Shown here in pieces: positions 48,052 through 58,299 of a stretch of 64,000 bases of DNA. The notes beneath the pieces are model-generated. The model had not been told where the DNA came from. It saw only the letters and a list, made by a program, of their open reading frames with translations, and ran no database searches. The DNA is from Patescibacteria group bacterium (lineage in GTDB: Bacteria; Patescibacteriota; Patescibacteriia; Veblenbacterales; UBA10138). Positions within the stretch are counted from its first letter, which is position 1; every line of letters begins with the position of its first letter. The position numbers and the translations under genes were made by a program. The stretch lies in contig JAHITT010000006.1 in assembly GCA_018817715.1 (NCBI GenBank), positions 139,147-203,146 on the forward strand. The letters run 5' to 3'.

Positions 48052-48675
48052 TTAAGCCGAAACCAAAGGTACAAAAATAAAACCGGGGTAAATTTTTTTT
48101 ATGATTTTATTTTTTTGCCTTTGCCAAACCAATAAACTGTGTTCATGGCGACCAACTGGCGCCACTAAACGCCCAGTATCGGATAATTGCTCCAATAATT
48201 CCTCTTTGAGCTCCTGAGCCGCGGCTGATAAAATTATCCTGTCATAAGGTGCTTCTTTTTTATAACCACCACTACCATCAGCCGCTAACAAATTAACATT
48301 GGCATAATTATAAAAAGATAAATTCTGCTTAGCCTGCTCAACTAAAGTAGAAATTATTTCCAAAGAAATAATTTTTCCTTGAGGTCCAACCAAGGTGGCC
48401 AATAAAGCCGTAACAAAACCAGAACCACTGCCGACTTCTAAAATTTTCATACCTTTTTTTACTGCCAACAAATCCAACATAAAAGCTACAACCGACGGCT
48501 GAGAAATCGTTTGCTCTTTGCCAAGTGGCAAGGGAGTATCTTCATAAGCTTGATTAATAAACTCCGGCGGTACAAATTTTGCCCTGTCTACTTTTAACCA
48601 AGCCTCTTTTAATTCAGTTGATTTCAATAATCCCCTGCCTAAAAGACCTTCTAGTAATTCTTTTTGGCTGGACAT
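48052..48675 (-). CDS. pcm: Protein-L-isoaspartate O-methyltransferase
   Basis: 207 aa. SAM motif ILEVGSGSGFVTALLA, plus PCMT-family overall pattern. Confidence 0.75.
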   Translation of the reverse strand: MSSQKELLEGLLGRGLLKSTELKEAWLKVDRAKFVPPEFINQAYEDTPLPLGKEQTISQPSVVAFMLDLLAVKKGMKILEVGSGSGFVTALLATLVGPQGKIISLEIISTLVEQAKQNLSFYNYANVNLLAADGSGGYKKEAPYDRIILSAAAQELKEELLEQLSDTGRLVAPVGRHEHSLLVWQRQKNKIIKKIYPGFIFVPLVSA

Positions 48676-48712
48676 AATAAAGGCTCCTACAATTTAAAGG
48701 GTAACACTTAAT

Positions 48713-49249
48713 TTATAGCTTGGCTATTTTTTTAAACCGCCAGTTTAATAACTTTTCTTTTATAATCCAAACTAAATAACCAAATAAAATTCCTAAAAAA
48801 GCGCTAACTACAACATCAGTAAAATAATGTACTCCCACCCCCAGCCTGGCTAAAGCCACTAAACCAGCTAGACTATAAGCCAACCATTTACTAGTCGGCT
48901 GATACTTAGCTACTAAATAAGCTAACAAAAAAGCTAAACCAGCATGCCCAGAAGGAAAAGAACTGCTTAAGGGAGACATATTAATCAAAGGGGTAAAACC
49001 AAGACTCACAAAGGGCCGGGGCCTAAACCACAAAAAATTAACCACTAATAAAAAAACATAAAATGATCCAGCGCCAACTAAACTTATAGCTAAATCAAAA
49101 ATAGTTCGCTGGTTTTTTCTAAAAATTAAAATAATATACCAAAATAACATTAACCAAATTAAAACCACGGCTAGAAAAATTATAAGCAAAGACCAAGCTG
49201 GTGAAGAGTTGGCTAAAGCATATAAAAAATTTACTATTTTTTCATCCAT
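48713..49249 (-). CDS. PAP2-family membrane phosphatase
   Basis: 178 aa. Motifs SFPSGHA and GVHYFTDV. Confidence 0.65.
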   Translation of the reverse strand: MDEKIVNFLYALANSSPAWSLLIIFLAVVLIWLMLFWYIILIFRKNQRTIFDLAISLVGAGSFYVFLLVVNFLWFRPRPFVSLGFTPLINMSPLSSSFPSGHAGLAFLLAYLVAKYQPTSKWLAYSLAGLVALARLGVGVHYFTDVVVSAFLGILFGYLVWIIKEKLLNWRFKKIAKL

Positions 49250-49253
49250 ACAA

Positions 49254-50111
49254 CTATTTTTGACAAATTGAACACCAATGAGTGCCTCGACCAGCTACAC
49301 GACTTTTACTTATCAGCTGGCTACAATTAGGACAAGGTTGACCAGCTCGACCATAAACTAAACGTTTAGACCAATAACTGCCCGGCCGGCCAATAGCGTC
49401 TACATAGTTACTAAAAGAAGTACCCCGCGCCTTAACAGCCTTTTTTAAAACCGACTTAATTGACTGATAAATTTTTTTAATTTCTAAAGACGTTAAACTT
49501 TTAACTCGCCGATCAGGCTTAACACCTGACAAAAATAAACTCTCATCAACATAAATATTGCCCAAGCCCGCTATTACCGATTGATCCAACAAAACCGCCT
49601 TTAGCAAAGAACCAGACCGTTTTTTAAGATTATCCGTCAAAATCGGTAAAGTAAAATTTTTAGACAACGGTTCTGGTCCGTATTTTTTTAACAAAGCTGA
49701 CAAAGCCCCTTCTGACAAAAATAACCAATAACCAAATTTGCGCACATCATTAAAATAAAGGTTCAAACCACCAGATAAACTTAAAACCAAACGCGTAAAT
49801 TTATTCGGCACTGTAGTAACACCGCTAATAGGGTGACCCCCGCTGGCCAGGCCTTTTTTGGTTTTTATAACTATTTGACCAGTCATTTTTAAGTGCACCG
49901 CTAAACTAACCCTCCTGCTTAAATGAAATAGTAAAAGTTTAGCCCGCCGATCAACTGATTTTATTTTTAATCCCTTAAAAAATTGCTGATAATCTTTAGG
50001 CTGGTTACGCAAAACTGTTTTATCTATAACTAACAATTCTTTAATAGTCCGGCCAATCACCAGCTTTTTTAAATCCTGCCTGATGGTTTCTACTTCCGGC
50101 AATTCGGGCAT
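49254..50111 (-). CDS. mutM: Formamidopyrimidine-DNA glycosylase
   Basis: 285 aa. N-terminal MPELPEVE catalytic Pro2/Glu3, and a C-terminal zinc finger CPNC...CSIC. Confidence 0.85.
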   Translation of the reverse strand: MPELPEVETIRQDLKKLVIGRTIKELLVIDKTVLRNQPKDYQQFFKGLKIKSVDRRAKLLLFHLSRRVSLAVHLKMTGQIVIKTKKGLASGGHPISGVTTVPNKFTRLVLSLSGGLNLYFNDVRKFGYWLFLSEGALSALLKKYGPEPLSKNFTLPILTDNLKKRSGSLLKAVLLDQSVIAGLGNIYVDESLFLSGVKPDRRVKSLTSLEIKKIYQSIKSVLKKAVKARGTSFSNYVDAIGRPGSYWSKRLVYGRAGQPCPNCSQLISKSRVAGRGTHWCSICQK

Positions 50112-50117
50112 AAAATC

Positions 50118-51698
50118 CTACAACAGACTTTGACCTGTCATCTCCTTACTTTTAGGTAAATTCAAAACATGTAAAATAGTCGGCGCCACATCAGCCAATA
50201 CCCCTAAAGGTATTAACTGACTTAAATCATCGGTTACGGGCTGGCCAGCTAAAGCCTTATGTTGCAGTTGACGACTGGCGATAATAAAAGGCACTGGCGT
50301 ATTAGAATGCTCTTTATCCACTGAACCGGTTTGTAAATTTATTAACCCTTCAGCATTACCATGATCAGCTGTAATAAAAATAGTACCGTCAAATTCCAAA
50401 GTCGCCGCCACTATTTCCCCCAAACATTCGTCTAAAATTTCCACGGCTTTAATAGTAGCCGGTAAATTACCAGTATGCCCAACCATATCGGCATTAGCAT
50501 AATTAATAATTATAAAATCATACAAACCTCGCCTGATTTCTTGTAAAAACCGATCCGTTATAGCCCGAGCCGACATGGCCGGTTTTTGATCATAAGAAGT
50601 CACAACTGGCGACGGTATTAAAGCGTGATCCTCCCCAGCAAAAGGCTGCTCTTGTCCGCCATTAAAAAAATAAGTTACATGAGCGTATTTTTCTGTTTCT
50701 GCTAGATGAAGTTGTCGCAAATTATTTTCCGCTATAATCCTGGCCAAAGGATACTCCACTTTTTCTGGAGGAAAAATAACTTCTACTGGCAAATTCTTAT
50801 CATATTCCGTCATGGTGACAATCAGCAAATTCTTCACTGGCTCAACTTTAAACTTATCAAAACCAGGTACTGATAAAGCCTGTGTTAATTGTCTGGCCCG
50901 ATCGGATCTAAAATTAAAAAATATAACAACATCGTTATCTTGCAACCCTGGATAATCAAAAGTCTTATCTTTAACTACCGTGGGTATTAATTCCTCATCG
51001 TAAACACGAGAAGCATAAGAACTTTTTATAGCTTGGGCAGCGCTGATAGCCGGCTTACCTTGAACTTTAGCCAAAGCCTCGTAGGCCGCCTGAATTCTAT
51101 CCCAATGATTATCCCGATCCATGGCAAAAAAACGACCCATAACAGTTACAATACGGCCGCATTTATTTTTCTTTATTTTATTTTCTAAGTCCTTAATAAA
51201 CCCGGCTCCGGAATTGTAAGCTGTATCCCGACCGTCTAAAATAACGTGAATTACCACATCAGTTAATCCGTTGTCCTTAACTAAATCCAACAAAGCATAC
51301 AAATGATCGATAGAACTATGCACACCTCCCGAACTAACCAAACCTAATAAATGCAACCGACTGCCCGACTGCTTAGCTTGAGCTATAGCTTTTAATAAGG
51401 CCGGATTGGTAAAAAAACTTTTATTAATGATACTATGATTTATACGCAATAAATCCTGATATAAAATTTTTCCCGAACCAATAGTCAAATGTCCAACCTC
51501 ACTATTACCCATCTCACCCCAAGGCAAACCAACCGCCTCACCCGAAGACTGCAAGACACAAGTCGGATAAGTAGCTATTAATCTTTTAAAAACTGGAATA
51601 TTAGCCTGATTAATGGCATTGCCTGGCGAAGGCGGAGCCACACCCCAACCATCTAAAATAACCAAAACAACAGGTTTAAATAATTTTCCTTCTGACAT
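50118..51698 (-). CDS. gpmI: 2,3-bisphosphoglycerate-independent phosphoglycerate mutase (copy 2)
   Basis: 526 aa. iPGM motifs LVILDGWG, NSEVGHL and DHGNAE. Confidence 0.9.
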   Translation of the reverse strand: MSEGKLFKPVVLVILDGWGVAPPSPGNAINQANIPVFKRLIATYPTCVLQSSGEAVGLPWGEMGNSEVGHLTIGSGKILYQDLLRINHSIINKSFFTNPALLKAIAQAKQSGSRLHLLGLVSSGGVHSSIDHLYALLDLVKDNGLTDVVIHVILDGRDTAYNSGAGFIKDLENKIKKNKCGRIVTVMGRFFAMDRDNHWDRIQAAYEALAKVQGKPAISAAQAIKSSYASRVYDEELIPTVVKDKTFDYPGLQDNDVVIFFNFRSDRARQLTQALSVPGFDKFKVEPVKNLLIVTMTEYDKNLPVEVIFPPEKVEYPLARIIAENNLRQLHLAETEKYAHVTYFFNGGQEQPFAGEDHALIPSPVVTSYDQKPAMSARAITDRFLQEIRRGLYDFIIINYANADMVGHTGNLPATIKAVEILDECLGEIVAATLEFDGTIFITADHGNAEGLINLQTGSVDKEHSNTPVPFIIASRQLQHKALAGQPVTDDLSQLIPLGVLADVAPTILHVLNLPKSKEMTGQSLL

Positions 51699-51700
51699 AA

Positions 51701-53269
51701 TTAAGACAACAATCCTGGCCTAGTCATTTCTTTTGGCCGAGGCACCTTCATTAAACTAAGAATAGTTGGCGCAATATCACCTAAGACCCCCTGTTTCTTT
51801 TTAAAACAGCGGTCACGCCAATCAACTTGATACAATAAACAGGGTACCGGGTTGGTTGAATGTTCGGTATCCACCTCACCAGTCTTTGAATTAACAGTTT
51901 CTTCTACATTACCATGATCGGCTGTAATTAACATGCCTCCATGATGCTTAGCCACTTCATGGCCGATTCTGGCCAAACATTTATCTACTGTTTCCATAGC
52001 TATAATACAAGCTTTAGTGTTACCCGTATGGCCAACCATATCTGGATTAGCAAAATTTAAAGTAATAAAATCATACTTTTTATTGCGTAAAACCCTTACA
52101 ACCTCTTTAGTTATTTCTTTGGCCGACATGTCAGGTTTTTTATCATAAGACATAACATTAACAGAAGGAATTACCAGCCGCCCCTCAGCCGCTATTGGCT
52201 GATCATAACCACCGTTAAAAAAATAGGTCACATGGGCGAATTTTTCACTTTCAGCTATATAAAATTGCCGGAATCTTTTTAAAGCCATGGGCAAGGTACC
52301 TTTAATATTTTCACTAGGATAAGCTGTTAAAGTATTGCCCAAATCTGGACCAAAATCAGTCAAAGCCACAAAACATAAATTCTTAAGTACTTTTTGCCTT
52401 TTAAAGGCCCCGGGGTTAATTTCTTCAAAACGCGACTGAACAAAAGGCTTGGTTAACTGTCGAGCCCGATCCGACCTAAGATTAAAAAAAATGACCGCAT
52501 CATTATCTCCTATTAAACCGCTACTTCGTCCAGCTGTTTTTAGATAAGTCGGTTTAATAAATTCATCGCTCTCGCCACGATTATAAGCATGCCTAATAGC
52601 ATCCTCAACTGATTTATCACTTAACCCTTTACCTTGAGTTAATAAATTATAAGTCTGTTCAGTAACCGACCAGTTCTTTTTTCTATCCATGGCATAAAAA
52701 CGTCCGGTAATTGTAGAAACCACTTCACCGTTTTGAAAGTTTTTCTTTACTTCCTGAATGAATTTTAAAGCGTCATACCGGGCTGAATCTCGGCCATCAG
52801 TAAAAAAATGAATAAATATTTTTTTAAACTTAGCTCGTTCAGCCATTTTTAAAAGGGTTATTAAATGATCAGGTGAAACATGGCCACTATTATAATTAGA
52901 TAACAAACCCATTAAATGAAGCGAAGAACGATTTTTTTTAACATGCTGAAAAGCGCTTCGCAAAGCCTTATTACGAAAAAAACTACCATTGGCTATACTT
53001 TTATTTATAATAACCGCATCCTGATCCACTATTCGGCCAGCGCCTATATTCATATGCCCAGCTTCTGAATTACCATCTTGATTCTTGGGTAACCCCACGG
53101 CACTACCACTAGCCGCTAATAAAGCTGAAGGATAATTTTTCTCGACCTCTTTTAAAAAAGGTGTCTTAGCTATTAGTAAAGGATTATTCTTTAATTTCTG
53201 GGGTGATCTACCCCAACCATCTAAAATCGCTAACACCAAAGGTACTACTGGTTTTTGTTGTTTAGTCAT
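51701..53269 (-). CDS. gpmI: 2,3-bisphosphoglycerate-independent phosphoglycerate mutase (copy 1, divergent paralog)
   Basis: 522 aa with the same motifs (LAILDGWG, NSEAGHM, DHGNVE). Its pairwise similarity to the downstream copy is only moderate. Confidence 0.85.
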   Translation of the reverse strand: MTKQQKPVVPLVLAILDGWGRSPQKLKNNPLLIAKTPFLKEVEKNYPSALLAASGSAVGLPKNQDGNSEAGHMNIGAGRIVDQDAVIINKSIANGSFFRNKALRSAFQHVKKNRSSLHLMGLLSNYNSGHVSPDHLITLLKMAERAKFKKIFIHFFTDGRDSARYDALKFIQEVKKNFQNGEVVSTITGRFYAMDRKKNWSVTEQTYNLLTQGKGLSDKSVEDAIRHAYNRGESDEFIKPTYLKTAGRSSGLIGDNDAVIFFNLRSDRARQLTKPFVQSRFEEINPGAFKRQKVLKNLCFVALTDFGPDLGNTLTAYPSENIKGTLPMALKRFRQFYIAESEKFAHVTYFFNGGYDQPIAAEGRLVIPSVNVMSYDKKPDMSAKEITKEVVRVLRNKKYDFITLNFANPDMVGHTGNTKACIIAMETVDKCLARIGHEVAKHHGGMLITADHGNVEETVNSKTGEVDTEHSTNPVPCLLYQVDWRDRCFKKKQGVLGDIAPTILSLMKVPRPKEMTRPGLLS

Positions 53270-53273
53270 ATTA

Positions 53274-54533
53274 TTACCTATCTTGGTTTATAGTCATTAA
53301 CCGATTATATTTAGCTACTCTCTCTCCCCGACTGGGCGCGCCAGCTTTAAGATAATTGGCCCCAACGGCCACAGCCAAATCCACTATAAAATCATCCATT
53401 GTTTCGCCAGAACGATGTGAAACAATTACTTTATAATTATTAGCCTGAGCCTCTTTAACAGCCATGATTGTTTCCCCTATAGTACCAATCTGATTAGGTT
53501 TAATTAAAATAGCATTAGCTGTTTTATCCACAATTCCCTGCCTTAAACGGCTTAAATTAGTAACAAATAAATCATCTCCTACCAACATTAATTTTTTACC
53601 CAACTGCTCGGTCATAATCTTCCAATTGTGCCAATCATCCTCGGCTAAACCGTCTTCTATAGAAATTAAATTAAAATCTCTGGATAAACTATCATACAAT
53701 TTTATTAAACCATCGGCTGTAATGGTTTGGCCTTGATAAGTATAGACGCCTGATTCATAAAATTCTGAAGCCGCCACATCTAAAGCCAAACCAACCTCGG
53801 CTGATTTATAACCAGCTTCTAAAATAGCTTGCTGTAACAAACCTAAAACTTCTTTAGCCTCTTTAATATTAGGGGCATAACCTCCTTCATTACCAACATT
53901 AGTATTGAGTTTATTAGTTTTTAATATTTTTCCTAAAATGTGAAAAATTTCAGCCCCAGCGCGAACCGATTCTGTAGCAGAAAACTTTCCCTTAACAATC
54001 CGCTTCGGCACAATCATAAATTCCTGAAAAGACAAGCCATTATCCGCATGACAACCGCCGTTAATTACATTCATCATGGGCACGGGTAAATTATCTGTTA
54101 TTTTAAAACCAAAAATATCGGCCAAATAAATATAAAGAGGTTGCCCGGCCACTCCAGCGCCCGCTCTCATTAAAGCCATAGAAACACCTAATAAAGCATT
54201 GGCGCCTAATTTTGATTTGTTAACCGTACCGTCTACTTCCAATAATAACTCGTCTAATTTTTTTATCTCCGCCATTGACCGACCTTTTAAGGCCCTTTTT
54301 ATTTCCGTTGTAACATTATCTATTGCCTTAAGAACACCCAAACCATTATAACGCTTACTATCACCATCTCTTAATTCCCAAGCTTCATGCCGGCCAGTAG
54401 AAACTCCGGAAGGCACGGCCACGCTATAAACACTTTCATCACTTAAAACTACCGCCACCTGCAAAGTGGGATTGCCTCGCGAATCCAATATTTCTCTGGC
54501 TGTTAAATCTTTAATTAATGGAAAATTTGCCAT
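53274..54533 (-). CDS. eno: Enolase
   Basis: 419 aa with enolase signatures throughout. Confidence 0.95.
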   Translation of the reverse strand: MANFPLIKDLTAREILDSRGNPTLQVAVVLSDESVYSVAVPSGVSTGRHEAWELRDGDSKRYNGLGVLKAIDNVTTEIKRALKGRSMAEIKKLDELLLEVDGTVNKSKLGANALLGVSMALMRAGAGVAGQPLYIYLADIFGFKITDNLPVPMMNVINGGCHADNGLSFQEFMIVPKRIVKGKFSATESVRAGAEIFHILGKILKTNKLNTNVGNEGGYAPNIKEAKEVLGLLQQAILEAGYKSAEVGLALDVAASEFYESGVYTYQGQTITADGLIKLYDSLSRDFNLISIEDGLAEDDWHNWKIMTEQLGKKLMLVGDDLFVTNLSRLRQGIVDKTANAILIKPNQIGTIGETIMAVKEAQANNYKVIVSHRSGETMDDFIVDLAVAVGANYLKAGAPSRGERVAKYNRLMTINQDR

Positions 54534-54537
54534 AATT

Positions 54538-55722
54538 TTATTTTTTACTCTTTAAATAACCTAAAGCTTTTAAAGCCGGCAGTGTTTGGCCAGCCAAAAA
54601 ATCTAACAAAGCGCTACCAGCTGTAGAAATATGATTCAAAGATAATTTAGCTTGATGCAAAAAAGCCGCTGTTTCACCGCCACCAGCTACCACATAAGCC
54701 CTAGCTCCTTGACTACGCGCCTGCATTAACCAAGCTAAAGATTTAGTGCCATGCGACCATTTTATTTCTTCGGTCAGCCCTAACGGACCAGCCCAAAAAA
54801 TTGTTTTAGCTTTTTTTAGAACCACAGCGTAATCAGCAATAGTCTGAGGGCCAATATCCACTATAGCTTCTGATTTTTTAACTAAAGTAACACTTTTAAC
54901 TAAAGCCTGCTTAGTACTTAATGGCCACTTGGTCACTAGAGCATCAGACGGCAGTAATATTTTTTTGCCAGCCTTTTTTAATATTTTTTTAGCCGCTAAT
55001 AAACTTTTCTTATCTACCAAAGATCGGCCAACTTCCCTGCGACGAGCTAATAAAAAAGTGTTAGCTACCGCCCCGGCTGTTAAAATATATTGGCAACGCG
55101 GTAATAATTTTTGTATAACCGGCAATTTATCAGCTATTTTAGCGCCACCCACTAATAAAACCACTGGCTTGGTTCCTTTTTTTATTACTTGCTCCAAACA
55201 ATCAATTTCATGACTTAAAGCTAAACCAGCATAACTTGGCAAATACTTGGTAATAGCCACCAAAGAAGCGGCCGCTCTGTGGCAAACCGAAAAAGCTTCA
55301 TTAATGTATAAATCCCCCAAGCTGGCTAATTGTTTAGCTAAAGAGGGTTCATTTTTATCTTCACCTGATTCAAACCTAATATTTTCTAATAAAATCAAAT
55401 TTTTCTTAGCCGCCTGTTTAATAGCCAAAGAACCAAAAGATAAAGGTAAAACCTTAACTGGCTGGCGCATTATTTTGCCCAAAGCATAACCAATGGGCTT
55501 TAATGATAAATCAGACACTACTTTACCCTGTGGCCGGCCTAAATGGCCGACAATAATCGGGTAAGCACCTCTGTTAATTAAAAAACGTAAAGTCGGCACA
55601 GCTTGCCTTAAACGACTATCATCCAAAACTTTTTTACCACTAAGTGGCACATTAACGTCCAAACGCACTACAACCAACTTACCCTTAAGCTTTGGAATCT
55701 GAGAAATATTATTAATAGGCAT
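54538..55722 (-). CDS. pgk: Phosphoglycerate kinase
   Basis: 394 aa. N-terminal substrate-binding motif RLDVNVP plus the PGK fold pattern. Confidence 0.9.
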   Translation of the reverse strand: MPINNISQIPKLKGKLVVVRLDVNVPLSGKKVLDDSRLRQAVPTLRFLINRGAYPIIVGHLGRPQGKVVSDLSLKPIGYALGKIMRQPVKVLPLSFGSLAIKQAAKKNLILLENIRFESGEDKNEPSLAKQLASLGDLYINEAFSVCHRAAASLVAITKYLPSYAGLALSHEIDCLEQVIKKGTKPVVLLVGGAKIADKLPVIQKLLPRCQYILTAGAVANTFLLARRREVGRSLVDKKSLLAAKKILKKAGKKILLPSDALVTKWPLSTKQALVKSVTLVKKSEAIVDIGPQTIADYAVVLKKAKTIFWAGPLGLTEEIKWSHGTKSLAWLMQARSQGARAYVVAGGGETAAFLHQAKLSLNHISTAGSALLDFLAGQTLPALKALGYLKSKK

Positions 55723-55894
55723 ATCGTATATTATAAAACATTTAGCCCAAAAAAACTAATGACTAATAAATAAACATTTCGCCGCTATCCATGGAGCTTA
55801 ACAAATAACTTAAGCATTACTTAAATATTTAATTAACTAAATATTAAAAAAATTAAAAATCAAACACCAAGATGACAAACTTAAAATTCAAAAT

Positions 55895-55930
55895 TTTTCC
55901 ATTTTGATTTATCATTTTCCGTTTTGATTT
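55895..55930. repeat. Tandem direct repeat (ttttccattttgattt / ttttccgttttgattt, period 20) in the 300-nt gap between gap and pgk
   Basis: Seen directly. Possible regulator binding sites. Confidence 0.25.
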
Positions 55931-56020
55931 TTACTTTTTGAATTACTACTATTATCACTCTAACAATTCGCACTCCTCAATTCTAATATTAGTACTCAAA
56001 TTCTTAACCTTTTAATTAAC

Positions 56021-57049
56021 TTAACTTATCTTTTCCGCCAATTCCACCAATCTATTAGAATAACCCCATTCATTGTCGTACCAACCAATTACTTTAACCA
56101 TATTGCCGTCTACCACCTGAGTTAAAGACAAATCCACAATTACCGAAGCCGGGTTACCAATAAAGTCCGAAGAAACCAAAGGTTGGTCGGTTACTTCCAA
56201 AACACCGCGATATTGTTTGCTACGGGCAGCTTTTTTAAAAGCAGCGTTAATTTTGGCTACTGTTAAATTTTTTTCCCTAACCAAAAAAGTAAAATCGGAT
56301 AAAGACACGCAAATCGTGGGTACGCGTACCGCCAATCCATCAAACACACCTTTTAATTTAGGTATAACTTCGGCTGTAGCTAAAGCTGCCCCAGTGCTAG
56401 TAGGTACTATATTTTGGGCAGCCGCCCTAGCTCGGCGCATATCGTTATGCCGAGCTGGTGGCGGACCATCCACCAAGTTCTGCTCGGCTGTATAAGAATG
56501 AATAGTGGTCATCATGGCCTTATGAATACGAAAATTTTCCTGCATTACCTGAGCAATTGGCGTAATACAATTGGTAGTACAAGAAGCATTGGATATTATT
56601 TTATCTTGCAGTTTATCCACATCGCTTACCCCCAAAATAACTGTTGGCACTTCCCCGCCTTTAGCTGGCGCCGACAAAACCACTTTTTGCGCCCCAGCTT
56701 TAAGATGCAAACTAGCATCTTGTTTTTTAGTAAACCGACCAGTACATTCTAAAACCGCTTGCACTTCTAATTTTTGCCAGGGCAATTTGTCCGGCTCTTT
56801 TTCAGCTGTGACTAAATACTTAATACCATCTACAATCAAGTGTTTATTATCATAAGACACTTCCTTATTAAAAACACCGTAAACCGTGTCGTACTTTAAT
56901 AAATGAGCCAAAATTTCCGGCGCCATTAAATCGTTAATGGCTACCACTTTTAAATTCGGTTTGGTTAAGGCAATTTTAAAAGCCGCCCGGCCAATGCGAC
57001 CAAAGCCGTTAATAGCAATTTTAGTAACTGATTTCTTAAGGCTAGGCAT
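56021..57049 (-). CDS. gap: Glyceraldehyde-3-phosphate dehydrogenase (type I)
   Basis: 342 aa. NAD-binding INGFGRIGR and catalytic ASCTTNC. Confidence 0.9.
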   Translation of the reverse strand: MPSLKKSVTKIAINGFGRIGRAAFKIALTKPNLKVVAINDLMAPEILAHLLKYDTVYGVFNKEVSYDNKHLIVDGIKYLVTAEKEPDKLPWQKLEVQAVLECTGRFTKKQDASLHLKAGAQKVVLSAPAKGGEVPTVILGVSDVDKLQDKIISNASCTTNCITPIAQVMQENFRIHKAMMTTIHSYTAEQNLVDGPPPARHNDMRRARAAAQNIVPTSTGAALATAEVIPKLKGVFDGLAVRVPTICVSLSDFTFLVREKNLTVAKINAAFKKAARSKQYRGVLEVTDQPLVSSDFIGNPASVIVDLSLTQVVDGNMVKVIGWYDNEWGYSNRLVELAEKIS

Positions 57050-57141
57050 AATATAAATCTTTAAAAATAAGCACTCTTATTATAGCTTTTTTAACATAAA
57101 AAAAGAAGGCCTTTGTTAGCCTTAGTTTTTAAAATAAATAA

Positions 57142-57186
57142 TGGTGCGGGTCTGTCTTTCCTTAAAGACTTTTGATACCCGCACCA
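57142..57186 (-). terminator. Intrinsic terminator of the Asn-rich protein gene
   Basis: 10-bp stem tggtgcgggt/acccgcacca with a nested gtcttt/aaagac stem, followed by AUUAUUUAUUUU on the minus strand. Confidence 0.5.
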
Positions 57187-57194
57187 CAGAAATG

Positions 57195-57854
57195 TTATGT
57201 TAATCTCTTCATCATGTTTGTATTAGCGTTACCGGCTGCATTGTTGTGTGTCATCAGCAAATTATCATTTTTATCGCTGAGTCGTGCCACCTCCGAAGAC
57301 ACGGGCCGGTTAGAATTATTTGCGGCATTATTTTGTACGTTGCAGGGTGCATTGTTAAAATTCATCACCAAATTGTTGTTACCAGCTACCAGTGCTACAT
57401 TGTTGTTATCATTTAACAAATTATTTGTAGCCTGCGCCGAATTGTAAGATACATAGTTTACTACAGAGTTGTTACTATTCTGAACCACCACGGCTTCGTT
57501 GTTATTGTTGTTCAACGTGTTTTCTTCGCTCTGTGCCGGGTTGTAAGATACGTTAGATGTTAAGTTTACATCAAGATTTGTTGCAGAGATACCATTGAAA
57601 TTTACCTGATTCAGACTATTCTGAGTCGCCGCTTCATTAACTGTTTGCAATATTACGGTGCTGTTTTCTACCTGAGCTTTTTCAAATTGATTGCTATCTG
57701 TTGTAGCTACCGGCGGTGCTAAATCATTTTCAGCTGCCATTGCCACAACGTTAGTATTGTCATTTACGCTATTATCCACATTTGTCTGAACATTGAATAT
57801 TAATAGAGTAAATAATAATCCTAGCAAAGGGATAAAAACTTTTTTTACATTCAT
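57195..57854 (-). CDS. Secreted Asn/Gln/Val-rich low-complexity repeat protein
   Basis: 219 aa. Signal peptide MNVKKVFIPLLGLLFTLLIFNVQTNV. Internal roughly 35-aa repeats (NVSYNPAQSEENTLNNNNNEAVVV / NYVSYNSAQATNNLLNDNNNVALVA), also visible as DNA repeats ttgtaagatac. Confidence 0.5.
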   Translation of the reverse strand: MNVKKVFIPLLGLLFTLLIFNVQTNVDNSVNDNTNVVAMAAENDLAPPVATTDSNQFEKAQVENSTVILQTVNEAATQNSLNQVNFNGISATNLDVNLTSNVSYNPAQSEENTLNNNNNEAVVVQNSNNSVVNYVSYNSAQATNNLLNDNNNVALVAGNNNLVMNFNNAPCNVQNNAANNSNRPVSSEVARLSDKNDNLLMTHNNAAGNANTNMMKRLT

Positions 57855-58299
57855 TTTGAATCCCCTTAAATTTGTTTTTTGTTAATTAATTGTTAAAAAC
57901 CAAAAAGGAAGTATTACGCACCAGGTGGCCTAGGGAGTTCATTAAAAGCAACCTGGACTTGACTATACCCGCAACAAATATCAGCGGGTACGAAATCGGG
58001 TACAACGCAAACAAAAACGCTTGGATTTAGTACCAATTTGTACCTCCGGTTTAAAATTAGTTAATTAATTGTTTCTGTTAGTTATGGTACTAACAGAGGC
58101 AGGATTTTAAAGAACAAGGACTATTAAGAAATAAGACTTTCCAATTTATTTTTTATCTTACTATGTTTATAGCTTTATAAAAGACTTATAAACGTTAAGA
58201 CTTATTTTTGGTTGGCCTTTCTTTACAGACCGTCTTACTTCTTGGAACAATTTTTTATTTTTAATGTGTTAAATTTACTACTTTAACAAAAAATGTCAA

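Noticed and set aside
55247-55489. Several 60-115-aa ORFs inside pgk, gap, dnaJ, dnaK and ABC genes on the opposite strand
   Set aside because: They are embedded in, or antisense to, strongly supported conserved genes and have no RBS. They are typical shadow ORFs.
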